From positions 84,799-148,798 of the forward strand of contig CAVYXU010000076.1 of the NCBI GenBank assembly GCA_963772565.1: 64,000 bases of DNA, in the 5' to 3' direction. Every line of letters starts with the position of its first letter. The stretch's first letter is position 1. Origin of the DNA: an uncultured Chloroflexia bacterium (GTDB taxonomy: Bacteria > Chloroflexota > Limnocylindria > Limnocylindrales > CSP1-4). The notes beneath the pieces are model-generated. The model ran no database searches. It worked only from the letters and a program-made list of their open reading frames with translations, and had not been told where the DNA came from. Of this stretch, positions 37,512 to 46,286 are shown one piece after another. Both the position numbers and the translations under genes were made by a program.

Positions 37512-38675
37512 TCAGGTCTGGAGCGCGATCGACCGGAACGAGGGCCGGCCGCGAGCCGGACTGGCCTGCACCCGCGCAAGGAGCGTGCGGTACTGGTCGG
37601 CGACGTTCCACCAGGTCATCGAGCGGCTGCGATCGTGCGCCAGGCGGCCCATCGCGTCGCGGGCCACGGGGTCGCCGAGCAGCTCGATCACTGCGGCCGC
37701 CATTGCGGACGGGTCGCCGGCCGGAACGATCACGCCGGCGCCGTCGGCGAGCTGGTCCAGCGCGTACGGGTGCGGCGTGGACACGATCGCCCGCCCGGCG
37801 CCCATCGCGTATGCCAGGGTGCCGGAGGCGCGATGGCCGTCATCGGTGTGTGGCGCGATGATCACGTCTGCCGCCTCGAGCCAGCGGGTCAGCTCCACTC
37901 GCCCGACGAACCGGTCCACGAACTGGACGTGACTGCCGAGCTTGCGCTTCTTCACCTCGGCGACCAGCGACTCCCGGTATGCCTCGCCGTCGGTCACGGC
38001 GACATCGGGGTGCGTGACCCCCAGGATCGCGTAGGTGGTGTCCGGGCGGGCGGCGACGATCTCGGGAAGCGCAGCCAGGACGAGCTCGTATCCCTTGCGC
38101 GGCGCCAGGAGGCCGAAGCTCAAAAGCAGGTCCCGACCGGCCATGCCGACCGCAGGCTTGAGCGTCTCGGCGTCCTGCAGCGGCAGGTCCGGGATCCCGT
38201 GCGGGATCACGTGGATCCGCCGTGGGTCCGCCTCATACAGCTCGGTGAGCAGAGTCGCCGCCGACGCCGACATGACGACGGTTGCGGCTACCCGGCGAAC
38301 CAGCTCTGCCAGCACATCGTGCTGTGGTCCGGTGGGCGACGCGGGAACGCTGTGGAGCGTGGCGATGGCCGGGACGTCGAGGGCGGCCGCGAAGTCGAGC
38401 ACGCTCTCGCCATGCTCACCGCCCCACAGGCCGAACTCGTGCTGGATGGCGACGACGTCCGCGCACACTCGCAGCGCCTCTGCCGTGCGGGGATAGTCTT
38501 CGAGCTCGTCACGGCGGATCCGGTGGTGGACCTCGAGCGGGTACGGCGCCGGCAGGTCCTCAGCGTGGATGGCGACGATCTCGCGCCCGCCGACCGCAGC
38601 CGCCAGGTGGTGCGTGAACGTGGCGACACCACCCTGCCGGGGCGGATAGGTCGATACAAACGCCGTCCGGATCAC
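37512..38675 (-). CDS. glycosyltransferase family 4 (GT-B, GT1/GT4-like)
   Basis: 387 aa, FVSTYPPRQGGVATF, IQHEFGLWGG, a C-terminal half with the ...PRKG...L... and E(x7)E-like region (GTLAYAMGAGRAIVST). Strong RBS GGAGAGGAG 5 nt before the GTG. Confidence 0.85.
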   Translation of the reverse strand: MIRTAFVSTYPPRQGGVATFTHHLAAAVGGREIVAIHAEDLPAPYPLEVHHRIRRDELEDYPRTAEALRVCADVVAIQHEFGLWGGEHGESVLDFAAALDVPAIATLHSVPASPTGPQHDVLAELVRRVAATVVMSASAATLLTELYEADPRRIHVIPHGIPDLPLQDAETLKPAVGMAGRDLLLSFGLLAPRKGYELVLAALPEIVAARPDTTYAILGVTHPDVAVTDGEAYRESLVAEVKKRKLGSHVQFVDRFVGRVELTRWLEAADVIIAPHTDDGHRASGTLAYAMGAGRAIVSTPHPYALDQLADGAGVIVPAGDPSAMAAAVIELLGDPVARDAMGRLAHDRSRSMTWWNVADQYRTLLARVQASPARGRPSFRSIALQT

Positions 38676-38742
38676 GCTTGCTCCTCTCCGGATGCGGCCG
38701 GATCGCGCTGCACGGGGCGCGAACAGCGGTCGGAACGAGAAC

Positions 38743-38771
38743 GGGGCGCCCGCCGCGACGGCGGGCGCCCC
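38743..38771 (-). terminator. intrinsic terminator hairpin downstream of cspA
   Basis: Perfect 13-bp GC stem ggggcgcccgccg / cggcgggcgcccc with a 3-nt loop, 5 nt after the csp stop. In mRNA sense it is followed by GTTCTCGTTCC. Confidence 0.7.
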
Positions 38772-38776
38772 GTCGA

Positions 38777-38980
38777 TCAGGCGGCTCGAACGCGACTGGC
38801 GCGCGGGCCCTTGGGACTGGCTTCGGTGTCGAACTCGACCTTCTCACCGCCGACGAGACGGTCGAAATCGAGCGAGGCATCGAGCCCGCCGCGGTGGAAG
38901 AAGTATTCCTTCTCATCCTCGGCGGCGATGAATCCAAATCCACGATCGGCGACGATGCGCTTGATGGTACCGGTGGCCAT
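38777..38980 (-). CDS. cspA: cold-shock protein (CSD)
   Basis: 67 aa, MATGTIKRIVADRGFGFIAAEDEKEYFFHRGGL. It has the RNP1 motif (GFGFI) and an RNP2-like motif (FFH). AGGAGG RBS 6 nt before the ATG. Confidence 0.95.
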   Translation of the reverse strand: MATGTIKRIVADRGFGFIAAEDEKEYFFHRGGLDASLDFDRLVGGEKVEFDTEASPKGPRASRVRAA

Positions 38981-39085
38981 GTGGGCCTCCTGTGCTCCCC
39001 GAACCGCAACGGCGCTGATGCACGGTCCGTTCGAAGAGGGAGGTCGACCACGCGGCGCATCACGGCGGGAGGCCGTGAGGTCGGG

Positions 39086-39091
39086 ATCATA
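39086..39091 (-). promoter_or_regulatory. candidate extended -10 (TGTGCTATGAT) for cspA, implying a roughly 100-nt 5' UTR
   Basis: The minus strand reads ACATTTGTGCTATGATCCCGACC in the only AT-richer patch of the csp/merR divergent region. Long csp leaders are established for cold-shock genes. Confidence 0.4.
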
Positions 39092-39162
39092 GCACAAATG
39101 TTCGACCCTCATCAGTTCTCGTTCGCATCGAGCCAACGTTCACGTGCACGGCAAGGTGGGGA

Positions 39163-39168
39163 TAGACT
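39163..39168 (+). promoter_or_regulatory. candidate -10 box TAGACT, 6 nt upstream of the MerR-family GTG (leaderless-type)
   Basis: Plus strand reads GGGGATAGACT-GGGCCG-GTG. Confidence 0.45.
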
Positions 39169-39174
39169 GGGCCG

Positions 39175-39681
39175 GTGACCGACACCGCCCCTCCCGCCCA
39201 GCTGGCGCCGACGGCCGCAGCGGAGCTGCTCCGGATCCACGATGTCGCGGCCGAGACCGGGCTCACGCCCCGTGCCATCCGTTACTACGAGGAGCTGGGT
39301 CTGCTCGCCCCCGCCGCGCGGTCCGAGGGTGCCTACCGCCTGTACGACACCGAGGACCTCGACCGGCTGCGGTTCATCCGAGGCCTTCGCGACGACGCCG
39401 GGTTCTCGCTTGCCGAGATCGGCCAGCTGCTCGAGGACGAGCAGGCGCGCACGCGCAACCGGGCGAAGTTCCGGGAGTCCCGCAATGCCGGCGAGCGGAG
39501 GCACATCCTGGTCGACGCGCTCGACCGGGTGAACCGCCAGATCGCGACCCTCCAGCGCAAGATCGAGCGACTGGAAGGCATGGTCAACGAGGCAGACACG
39601 CGCCGCGTCCGGCTCTCGGACCATCTCGCCGACCTTGACGCGGGGCGGGAGCCGTTCCAGGGCCCGGCGGGCGACGGCTGA
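39175..39681 (+). CDS. MerR family transcriptional regulator
   Basis: LRIHDVAAETGLTPRAIRYYEELGLLAPAARSEGAYRLYDTEDLDRLRFIRGLRD.GFSLAEI (wHTH) plus a coiled-coil. Its stop overlaps the ATG of the downstream MFS gene (TGATG). Confidence 0.85.
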   Translation: MTDTAPPAQLAPTAAAELLRIHDVAAETGLTPRAIRYYEELGLLAPAARSEGAYRLYDTEDLDRLRFIRGLRDDAGFSLAEIGQLLEDEQARTRNRAKFRESRNAGERRHILVDALDRVNRQIATLQRKIERLEGMVNEADTRRVRLSDHLADLDAGREPFQGPAGDG

Positions 39682-41024
39682 TGCAGCCCCGACTCGACCG
39701 GCCAATCCTGCGACGCGGAACCGGCTTCGCGCTGCCTGACGGTGCGCGCGCGTTCCGGCACCGCAACTACCGGCTGTTCTTCGGCGGCCAGGGGGTCTCG
39801 CTGGTCGGCACCTGGATGCAACAGGTGGCCCAGGCGTGGCTCGTCCTGCAGCTGTCCAACGACCCGTTCCTGCTCGGCGTCGTGGCGGCGGTGCAGTTCC
39901 TGCCGGTGCTCGTGCTGGGCCTGTTCGGCGGCCTGATCGCAGATGCCCTGCCCAAGCGCCGGACGCTGATCGCAACCCAGGCGATCCAGATGGTGCTCGC
40001 CTTCGTCCTGTTCGGGCTGGTGGTCAGCGGGCTGGTGGAGATCTGGCACATCATCCTGCTTGCTGCACTGCTGGGCGTGACCAACGCGGTGGACATGCCG
40101 ACGCGCCAGGCATTTGCCGTCGAGATGGTCGGGCGTGAGGACATCGCCAACGCGATCGCGTTCAACTCGGCCACCTTCAACGCCGCCCGCATCATCGGCC
40201 CCGCGGTCGCCGGCCTGACAATCGGCGCGTTCGACATCAGTGTCGCGTTCCTGATCAACGGCCTCAGCTTCCTTGCCGTCATCGTTGCCTATTCGCAGAT
40301 GCGCGATGAGGAGATGCAGACGCCACCGCCGATGAGCCGGCCGACCTCCGTCGCCGAGGTCCGGACGACGCTCGCGGAGGGCCTGCAGTACGTCCGCACG
40401 ACCGAGCTCGTGCTGCTCTCGACGATGGTGATCGGGCTGGTGGCAACGTTCGGGATGAACTTCAACGTGGTCATCCCGGCGCTGGCACGGGACGTCCTCC
40501 ACACGGATGCCTCCGGGTACGGGTTCCTGATGGCCGCATCGGGGATCGGCTCGCTGGTGGCCGCCCTCGGGATCGCCTTCTCGGGACGCTCGAGGCCCGC
40601 GATCATCGCGGGTGGCGCGATGCTCCTCGGCCTCGCCGAGCTCGCGGCCGCCGTCATCCACCTGTTCCCGCTGGCGATGGTGGCGATGGCGTTCGTCGGG
40701 CTTGGTGCGATCGCGATGGCCGCGACCGCGAACACGACGATCCAGCTGGCGGTGCCCGACGCGCTTCGCGGCCGGGTCCTGAGCGTCTACACGACCGTGT
40801 TCGCGGGATCGACGCCATTCGGTGGGCTGCTGATGGGCTGGATCGCCTCGCAGTTCGGCGTGGAGGCCTCGCTCGCGGTCGCGGGGATCAGCTGCCTGCT
40901 GGTCGGCCTCGGCGCGTACGTGTGGCTGCGCCGGATCCGCCTGCGGCCGGCAGCACCCACCGCGGCCGGGACCGGGCCCGACGCGGGCACCGCCACCGCA
41001 TCCGCGCCTGTCCGCGCCCGCTGA
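39681..41024 (+). CDS. MFS transporter (probable MerR-controlled efflux pump)
   Basis: 447 aa, about 12 TM, FRHRNYRLFFGGQGVSLVGTWMQQVAQAWLVL...LFGGLIADALPKRR. Translationally coupled to the merR-family gene. Confidence 0.85.
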   Translation: MQPRLDRPILRRGTGFALPDGARAFRHRNYRLFFGGQGVSLVGTWMQQVAQAWLVLQLSNDPFLLGVVAAVQFLPVLVLGLFGGLIADALPKRRTLIATQAIQMVLAFVLFGLVVSGLVEIWHIILLAALLGVTNAVDMPTRQAFAVEMVGREDIANAIAFNSATFNAARIIGPAVAGLTIGAFDISVAFLINGLSFLAVIVAYSQMRDEEMQTPPPMSRPTSVAEVRTTLAEGLQYVRTTELVLLSTMVIGLVATFGMNFNVVIPALARDVLHTDASGYGFLMAASGIGSLVAALGIAFSGRSRPAIIAGGAMLLGLAELAAAVIHLFPLAMVAMAFVGLGAIAMAATANTTIQLAVPDALRGRVLSVYTTVFAGSTPFGGLLMGWIASQFGVEASLAVAGISCLLVGLGAYVWLRRIRLRPAAPTAAGTGPDAGTATASAPVRAR

Positions 41025-41066
41025 TCCCCGGCACGACGCACCGCAACCGCCGGTCCCGTTGCCGCT

Positions 41067-41088
41067 GTCGCGCCGTCGCGGGCGCGAC
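41067..41088. terminator. GC hairpin between convergent MFS and relA genes (possible bidirectional terminator)
   Basis: 8-bp stem gtcgcgcc / ggcgcgac with a 6-nt loop. There is no clear U-tract. Confidence 0.3.
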
Positions 41089-41090
41089 CG

Positions 41091-43376
41091 TCAGCTCAGC
41101 TCGCGCTGGACGTTGAGCACGTCCTTGAGCTGCTCCACCCGGCTCATGACCTTGGCCAGCTGGGCCACCGACGCGACCTGGATCGTCATCGCCACGACCG
41201 CCGTGTGATCCTGGTTCACCGAAACGTTCGCGGCCAGGATGTTCACCTTGTTCTCGGCCATGACCTGGGTGATGTCGGACAGCAGACCGGTCCGGTCGTA
41301 GGCCTCGGCGCGGATGGCGATCGGGTACGTCTGCTGGGGCGCGTCCTCCCACTCGACGTCGATGAGGCGGCTGACCTCGCGCTCGTTGCGCACGGTCGGG
41401 CACGTCTTGATGTGGACGGTGATGCCCTTGCCGCGCGTGATGAAGCCCTGGATCGGGTCGCCCGGGATCGGGTGGCAGCAGCGGGCGAACCTGACCAGCA
41501 GGTCCCCTACCCCCTTGACGCGCACGCCGCCGACGCGCGCCGGTTGCGGCGGAGCGACCGTCGGCAGCGTGATCTCGCCGTCGTCGAGGACGCCCAGGCG
41601 CATCACGACCTGCTGGGCGGAGATCGCCCCGTACCCGATGGCGGCGAAGAAGTCGTCGACGGACTCGTGCTGATAGGTCTTCGCGGTCTCGGCGATCCGA
41701 TCGAGACCGATCGTCTGGACGTTGGTCCGGGCGAGCCGGCGGAGCTCCCGCTCGAGCGCCTCCCGGCCGTGGACGATGTTCTCGGCGCGGTCCTTCTTCT
41801 TGAACCACTGCCGGATCTTCTCGCGTGCGTGTGAGGTTCGGACGAGATTGAGCCAGTCGCGCGATGGGCCGTGCTCACCCTTGGTGGTCACGATCTCCAC
41901 GATGTCGCCGTTCTTGAGCCGATAGTCCAGCGGGACGAGGCGGTTGTTGACCTTGGCCCCGATCGTCCGGTGCCCGATGTCGGTATGGATCCGGTACGCG
42001 AAGTCGAGCGGCGTCGCACCCGCGGGCAGATCCTTGATGTCGCCACGCGGTGTGAACACGAACACCTGGTCCTGGAAGATGTCGAGCTTGATGCCCTCCA
42101 CGAACTCGGTCGCGTCGGACTCGCTCACATCGCGCTGCCACTCCATCAGCTGCCGCAGCCAGGCAAGCTTCGCGTCGTAGTCGCGCTCGGCCTTCGACCC
42201 CTCCTTGTACCGCCAGTGCGCCGCGATGCCCACCTCGGACACCTGGTGCATGGCGTGGGTCCGGATCTGGATCTCGAGCGGCTTGCCGTCGAGCGCGATC
42301 ACCGCGGTGTGGAGCGACTGGTACAGGTTGTTCTTGGGAACCGCGATGTAGTCGTCGAACTGGCCGGGAATGGGGCGCCACAGCGCGTGGACGATGCCGA
42401 GGGCGGCATAGCAGTCGCGCACGTCGTCGACCAGGAGGCGGATCGCGTAGACGTCGTAGATCTCGCCGAACTCGGCCGACTTGCGCTCCATCTTCTTCCA
42501 GATGCTGTACAGGTGCTTGGGTCTGCCCTGCAGCTCGGCTTCGATCCCCGCCGCCTCGAGCTTCGGGCGCAGCTCCGCGATCGCGCGCTCGATGTAGGTC
42601 TCGCGACCCTTGCGCCGGGTGTCGAGGAGCTTCGCCAGCTCGCGGTACGCCGCCGGCTCGAGCGCCTTGAACGACAGGTCCTCGAGCTCCCACTTGATCT
42701 GCCAGATCCCCAGCCGCTCCCCGAGCGGTGCGTAGATCTCCATCGTCTGGCGGGCGATCCGCTCCTGCTTCTCCGGGGGCAGGGCACCCAGCGTCCGCAT
42801 GTTGTGGAGCCGGTCCGCGAGCTTGATCAGGACGACCCGGATGTCCTCCGCCATCGCGAGGAACATCTTGCGGATGTTCTCGGCCTGCTGCTGCTCGTGG
42901 CTGTGGGTGCTGAACTTGGACAGCTTGGTGACGCCGTCGACGAGCTGGGCCACCTCGGATCCGAACCGCTCCTCGACGTCGGCGAGGCTGTACTCGGTGT
43001 CCTCCGGCACGTCGTGCAGCAGGGCGGCACCGACCGCGACCGGGTCGATGCCCAGCTCGGCGAGGATCTGGGCCGATGCGATCGGATGGGTCACGTAGGG
43101 CTCGCCCGATGCGCGGACCTGCGGTCGATGGGCCTCGACGGCAAGGTCGAATGCGCGGTCGACCATCTCGAGGTTGCTCTGCGCGTGGTGCTCCCGCAGC
43201 GTCTCGAGGAGCGTGCTCCGGAGCGCCTCGAGGTCGACCGGCCGGCGAGCGGCGGTCCGGCCGGCAGCCTGACCACCGACCGGATCCCGGCGCGGACCGC
43301 GACGACGGCCGCGCTCCACCACCGCCTGCCCGGCGGCGAGCGGCGTCTCGGGATCGCGGACGACAGGTTCGGCCAT
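41091..43376 (-). CDS. relA: bifunctional (p)ppGpp synthetase/hydrolase (RelA/SpoT homologue)
   Basis: 761 aa with the HD domain (HRPQVRASGEPYVTHP..LLHDVPEDT), synthetase domain (YQSLHTAV, RTHAMH), TGS (VFVFTPRGDIKDLPAGATPLDFAY.IHTDIG) and C-terminal ACT. Confidence 0.95.
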   Translation of the reverse strand: MAEPVVRDPETPLAAGQAVVERGRRRGPRRDPVGGQAAGRTAARRPVDLEALRSTLLETLREHHAQSNLEMVDRAFDLAVEAHRPQVRASGEPYVTHPIASAQILAELGIDPVAVGAALLHDVPEDTEYSLADVEERFGSEVAQLVDGVTKLSKFSTHSHEQQQAENIRKMFLAMAEDIRVVLIKLADRLHNMRTLGALPPEKQERIARQTMEIYAPLGERLGIWQIKWELEDLSFKALEPAAYRELAKLLDTRRKGRETYIERAIAELRPKLEAAGIEAELQGRPKHLYSIWKKMERKSAEFGEIYDVYAIRLLVDDVRDCYAALGIVHALWRPIPGQFDDYIAVPKNNLYQSLHTAVIALDGKPLEIQIRTHAMHQVSEVGIAAHWRYKEGSKAERDYDAKLAWLRQLMEWQRDVSESDATEFVEGIKLDIFQDQVFVFTPRGDIKDLPAGATPLDFAYRIHTDIGHRTIGAKVNNRLVPLDYRLKNGDIVEIVTTKGEHGPSRDWLNLVRTSHAREKIRQWFKKKDRAENIVHGREALERELRRLARTNVQTIGLDRIAETAKTYQHESVDDFFAAIGYGAISAQQVVMRLGVLDDGEITLPTVAPPQPARVGGVRVKGVGDLLVRFARCCHPIPGDPIQGFITRGKGITVHIKTCPTVRNEREVSRLIDVEWEDAPQQTYPIAIRAEAYDRTGLLSDITQVMAENKVNILAANVSVNQDHTAVVAMTIQVASVAQLAKVMSRVEQLKDVLNVQRELS

Positions 43377-43383
43377 GCCCCGG

Positions 43384-43389
43384 AGTCTA
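43384..43389 (-). promoter_or_regulatory. candidate -10 box TAGACT, 7 nt upstream of the relA ATG (leaderless-type)
   Basis: Minus strand reads GCGCGGTAGACT-CCGGGGC-ATG. Confidence 0.45.
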
Positions 43390-43502
43390 CCGCGCGCCGG
43401 GCGGAGGTCGGTCGCACCCGTCCGGTCCCCGAGGCGACGGCGCTCGCGTGCTACCCGAGCAGGCCCACCGTGAGCTGGCCGATCAGCCGCAGCCTCGCAC
43501 GC

Positions 43503-45143
43503 CTAGCGCGTCCCGAAGCCAAGGGCGGCGAGCGCGTCGTGTGCGGCACCTGCCTCGTCCCACGGGATCGGCCCGTCCGCGTACAGGATCGACGGCTCGT
43601 GCCCCTTGCCCGCCAGGAGCACGACGTCCCCCGGGCGCGCACGCTCGAACGCCGCCTCGATCGCCGCCCTGCGATCCGGGATTGCGAGCACGTCCATCCC
43701 CCGCCGGCGACCAGCCGCCTCCGCCCCGCGGACGATGGCCTCGAGGATGACCGCCGGATCCTCGCCGCGGGGATCCTCGTCGGTCGCCACGACGAGGCGG
43801 CACCGATCGCCAGCGATCCGGCCCATCGAGGCCCGCTTGGCCGTGTCACGCTCGCCGGCCGATCCGAACACCGCGATCAGGCCGCCACCCCGGGCGGCGG
43901 CGATCGGGGCGAGCAGATCGAGCACGACCTGGAGCGACGCCGGGGAGTGCGCGTAGTCGACGATCACGCCGAACGGCTGGCCGGCATCGATGCGCTCCAT
44001 CCGGCCGGGCACCCCGGTCACGCCCTCGAGCCCCGCACGGACCGCCGCGGGATCGAGGTCCAGCACCTCGCCCAAGGCGACGACCGCGAGCGCGTTGTGG
44101 ACGTTGAAGCGCCCGGCCAGCCGCAGGTCCAGGATGCCATCGCCCGATGGCGCGGTGTAGCGGACCCGGAGCCGATGCGCGTCCTCCTCGACGCCGGTCG
44201 CCCGGACGTCCGCCGTGGGATCCGTCCCGTAGCCGACCACCAGGGCACCCGCGGCACGGGCGGCCGCCTCGAACCAGGAGGCCGCCGGGTCGTCCCGGTT
44301 GACGATCGCGGCCTTCGGCCATGCGCGACCGTCGATCGTCTTGGCCGGGTTCGAGGGACCAACGCCCAGCGCCTCGAACAGTCGCAGCTTGGCCGCCCGG
44401 TAACGCTCGAACGATCCGTGGAGCTCGAGGTGCTCGTGGGTCAGGTTGGTGAACAGCGCGATGTCGTAGGCGACGCCCAGGACGCGGTCGAGCTCGAGGG
44501 CGTGCGACGTCGTCTCGACCACTGCCGCGGTGTTGCCGGCCAGGCGCATCGCCCGGAGCGTGGCCTGCAGCTCGGGAGCGGCCGGGGTGGTGACGTGGGC
44601 CTGGTGCCGATCGCGGACGGCGCCCACGCGGGTCTCGACGGTCCCGATCAGCCCGGTCGACACACCCGCGGCCTCGAGCGCTGCCACGGCGAGAAACGAG
44701 GTGGTGGTCTTGCCGTCGGTGCCCGTGACCCCGATGGTCGCGAGCTCGTGCGACGGATCCCGGTACCACCACGCCGCCGCCGTGGCCAGCGCCGGACGCG
44801 CAGACGTGACGAGCAGCTGCGGCAGGCGCACCCCTGGCACGGGGCGCTCCACGATGGCGGCCGCCGCGCCGCGCTCCGCGGCCCGGTCGACGAAGTCGTG
44901 GCCGTCGACGTGAAAGCCGGGCACGGCGACGAACAGCGTCCCCGTCGCGACGGTACGCGAGTCCTCGGTCACACCGCGAACCGCGGTCCCGGCGAGGGCC
45001 GACGCGTCACGCGGCAGGTCGTCCCGCGCGCCCCCAACCAGGCCGTGCGCCTCGAGCCGGGCGATGAGCTCGCCCAGGGGCAGCGGCTCGGACGGCTCCG
45101 CCGCCGCGATCAGCGACTGGACCGTGGGTTGCGGGGTGGTCAC
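43503..45143 (-). CDS. murE: UDP-N-acetylmuramoyl-L-alanyl-D-glutamate--2,6-diaminopimelate ligase (MurE)
   Basis: The GTG at 45143 overlaps the stop of the upstream fem gene (GTGA). VTEDSR.V..G.LF.A..G...DGH.F, GVTGTDGKTTT, VVETTSHAL, DYAHSP, GSAGERD, and VVATDEDPRGEDP (a DNPR-type motif that keeps the Arg). Confidence 0.9.
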   Translation of the reverse strand: MTTPQPTVQSLIAAAEPSEPLPLGELIARLEAHGLVGGARDDLPRDASALAGTAVRGVTEDSRTVATGTLFVAVPGFHVDGHDFVDRAAERGAAAAIVERPVPGVRLPQLLVTSARPALATAAAWWYRDPSHELATIGVTGTDGKTTTSFLAVAALEAAGVSTGLIGTVETRVGAVRDRHQAHVTTPAAPELQATLRAMRLAGNTAAVVETTSHALELDRVLGVAYDIALFTNLTHEHLELHGSFERYRAAKLRLFEALGVGPSNPAKTIDGRAWPKAAIVNRDDPAASWFEAAARAAGALVVGYGTDPTADVRATGVEEDAHRLRVRYTAPSGDGILDLRLAGRFNVHNALAVVALGEVLDLDPAAVRAGLEGVTGVPGRMERIDAGQPFGVIVDYAHSPASLQVVLDLLAPIAAARGGGLIAVFGSAGERDTAKRASMGRIAGDRCRLVVATDEDPRGEDPAVILEAIVRGAEAAGRRRGMDVLAIPDRRAAIEAAFERARPGDVVLLAGKGHEPSILYADGPIPWDEAGAAHDALAALGFGTR

Positions 45144-46273
45144 TCGCCGTCCCCCCGGCCGGGCAGGCTCCGAGTCAACCGGGCGGTGGCCCGGCCCGCC
45201 GCGTACCGCCACGGCTTCGCAACGCGCTCCCGCGCGCCGGCCAGCTCGACCCAGGTCGCGCCGAACGATCGCTTGTGCTCGTACAGCCCGTACGTCGGCT
45301 CGCCCGGCTCGGGTGGACGGCGGGCGCCCACCACATCGACGCCGCCGAGGTCCATCTCCGTGCATCGCTCGGCCAGCGCCAGCTCGATCGCGCGCCAGCG
45401 CAGCAGGTGCATCGTCCCCGGGTGATCGCGACGCTGTTCGGCCGCATCCGCGGAGTGCGCCGTTGACAGCCTGCGGCCGTGGCGGTAGAGCACCAGCCCG
45501 CCGAGGACCGCGCCGGTCTCGGCGGCCTCGCGCGCCTCGAGATACACGAGATGCCCGGCGGCAAGGGCGGCCCGCCACCAGCCGACGAACTCCGACTCGC
45601 CCCCAAAGCCGAACCCGCGCCGCTCGCCCGTCGCTCGCAGCAGATCGTAGAAGCGGCGCAGGGCGACCTCCGGATCTTCGGTCGAGGGCCGGAGGCCATC
45701 CACCTTGGTCGCCCGTCCGTCGTGCCGCAGGATGACGAGTCCGTCGCGCTCCCCGCGCCGGATCCGCTGGCGCGTCGCCTTGGCCACGCCCTCGAGGACC
45801 GACGCCGGATCGCCGTCGCCCGGCAGCGCCAGCGACATCCGGTGACGTGACGGCTGGATCTCGGGGATCGGCCGGAAGCCGGCCGCGTCGAGCGCGGAGA
45901 TGTAGCCGTCGTCCGCCGCCGCCACCTCGGGATCTGCGGCGAGGACGTCGACCCCCTTCGCGGCCAGGTGCTCCGCGACCCCCGCCAGCGTCTCCCCGAT
46001 GGCTTCACCGGATCCGTCCCCGGCCCAGGGGCGACCCGGACCCACGGGTCCCCGCGGCACGTAGGCGGATGCCCCACCGACGAGCGGCCACCGGCGCGTC
46101 AGCACCAACGCCCGGACGTCGCCGCTCGCGAGAAAGCGCGGTCGCCAGCCCTGCGCCGCCCGGTGCGAGGCCCAGGCCCGCGACTGGAACACGTGGCCGC
46201 CGGGCGAATCCACGGCTGCCGCGTCCCACTCCTCGAGCTGCACCTCCGACAGCTCGACGATGGCGGCCGTCAT
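45140..46273 (-). CDS. FemAB family peptidoglycan bridge-formation (aminoacyl-tRNA-dependent) transferase, paralog 1
   Basis: The ATG at 46273 gives ...GGHVFQSRAWASHRAAQGWRPRF...YVPRGPV...LAADPE...IQPSRHRMSLAL...ATRQRIRRGERDG..., HLLRWRAIELA..., YEHKRSFG. It is co-linear with the better-conserved paralog upstream. Confidence 0.75.
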   Translation of the reverse strand: MTAAIVELSEVQLEEWDAAAVDSPGGHVFQSRAWASHRAAQGWRPRFLASGDVRALVLTRRWPLVGGASAYVPRGPVGPGRPWAGDGSGEAIGETLAGVAEHLAAKGVDVLAADPEVAAADDGYISALDAAGFRPIPEIQPSRHRMSLALPGDGDPASVLEGVAKATRQRIRRGERDGLVILRHDGRATKVDGLRPSTEDPEVALRRFYDLLRATGERRGFGFGGESEFVGWWRAALAAGHLVYLEAREAAETGAVLGGLVLYRHGRRLSTAHSADAAEQRRDHPGTMHLLRWRAIELALAERCTEMDLGGVDVVGARRPPEPGEPTYGLYEHKRSFGATWVELAGARERVAKPWRYAAGRATARLTRSLPGRGDGE

Positions 46274-46286
46274 GCGACGCTCCCGC

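Noticed and set aside
41871-45425. 1184-aa plus-strand ORF (and similar ones at 19160-21778 and 36711-39092)
   Set aside because: These are antisense shadows of relA/murE, mltG and hisS/glycosyltransferase respectively. They have no recognisable domains.
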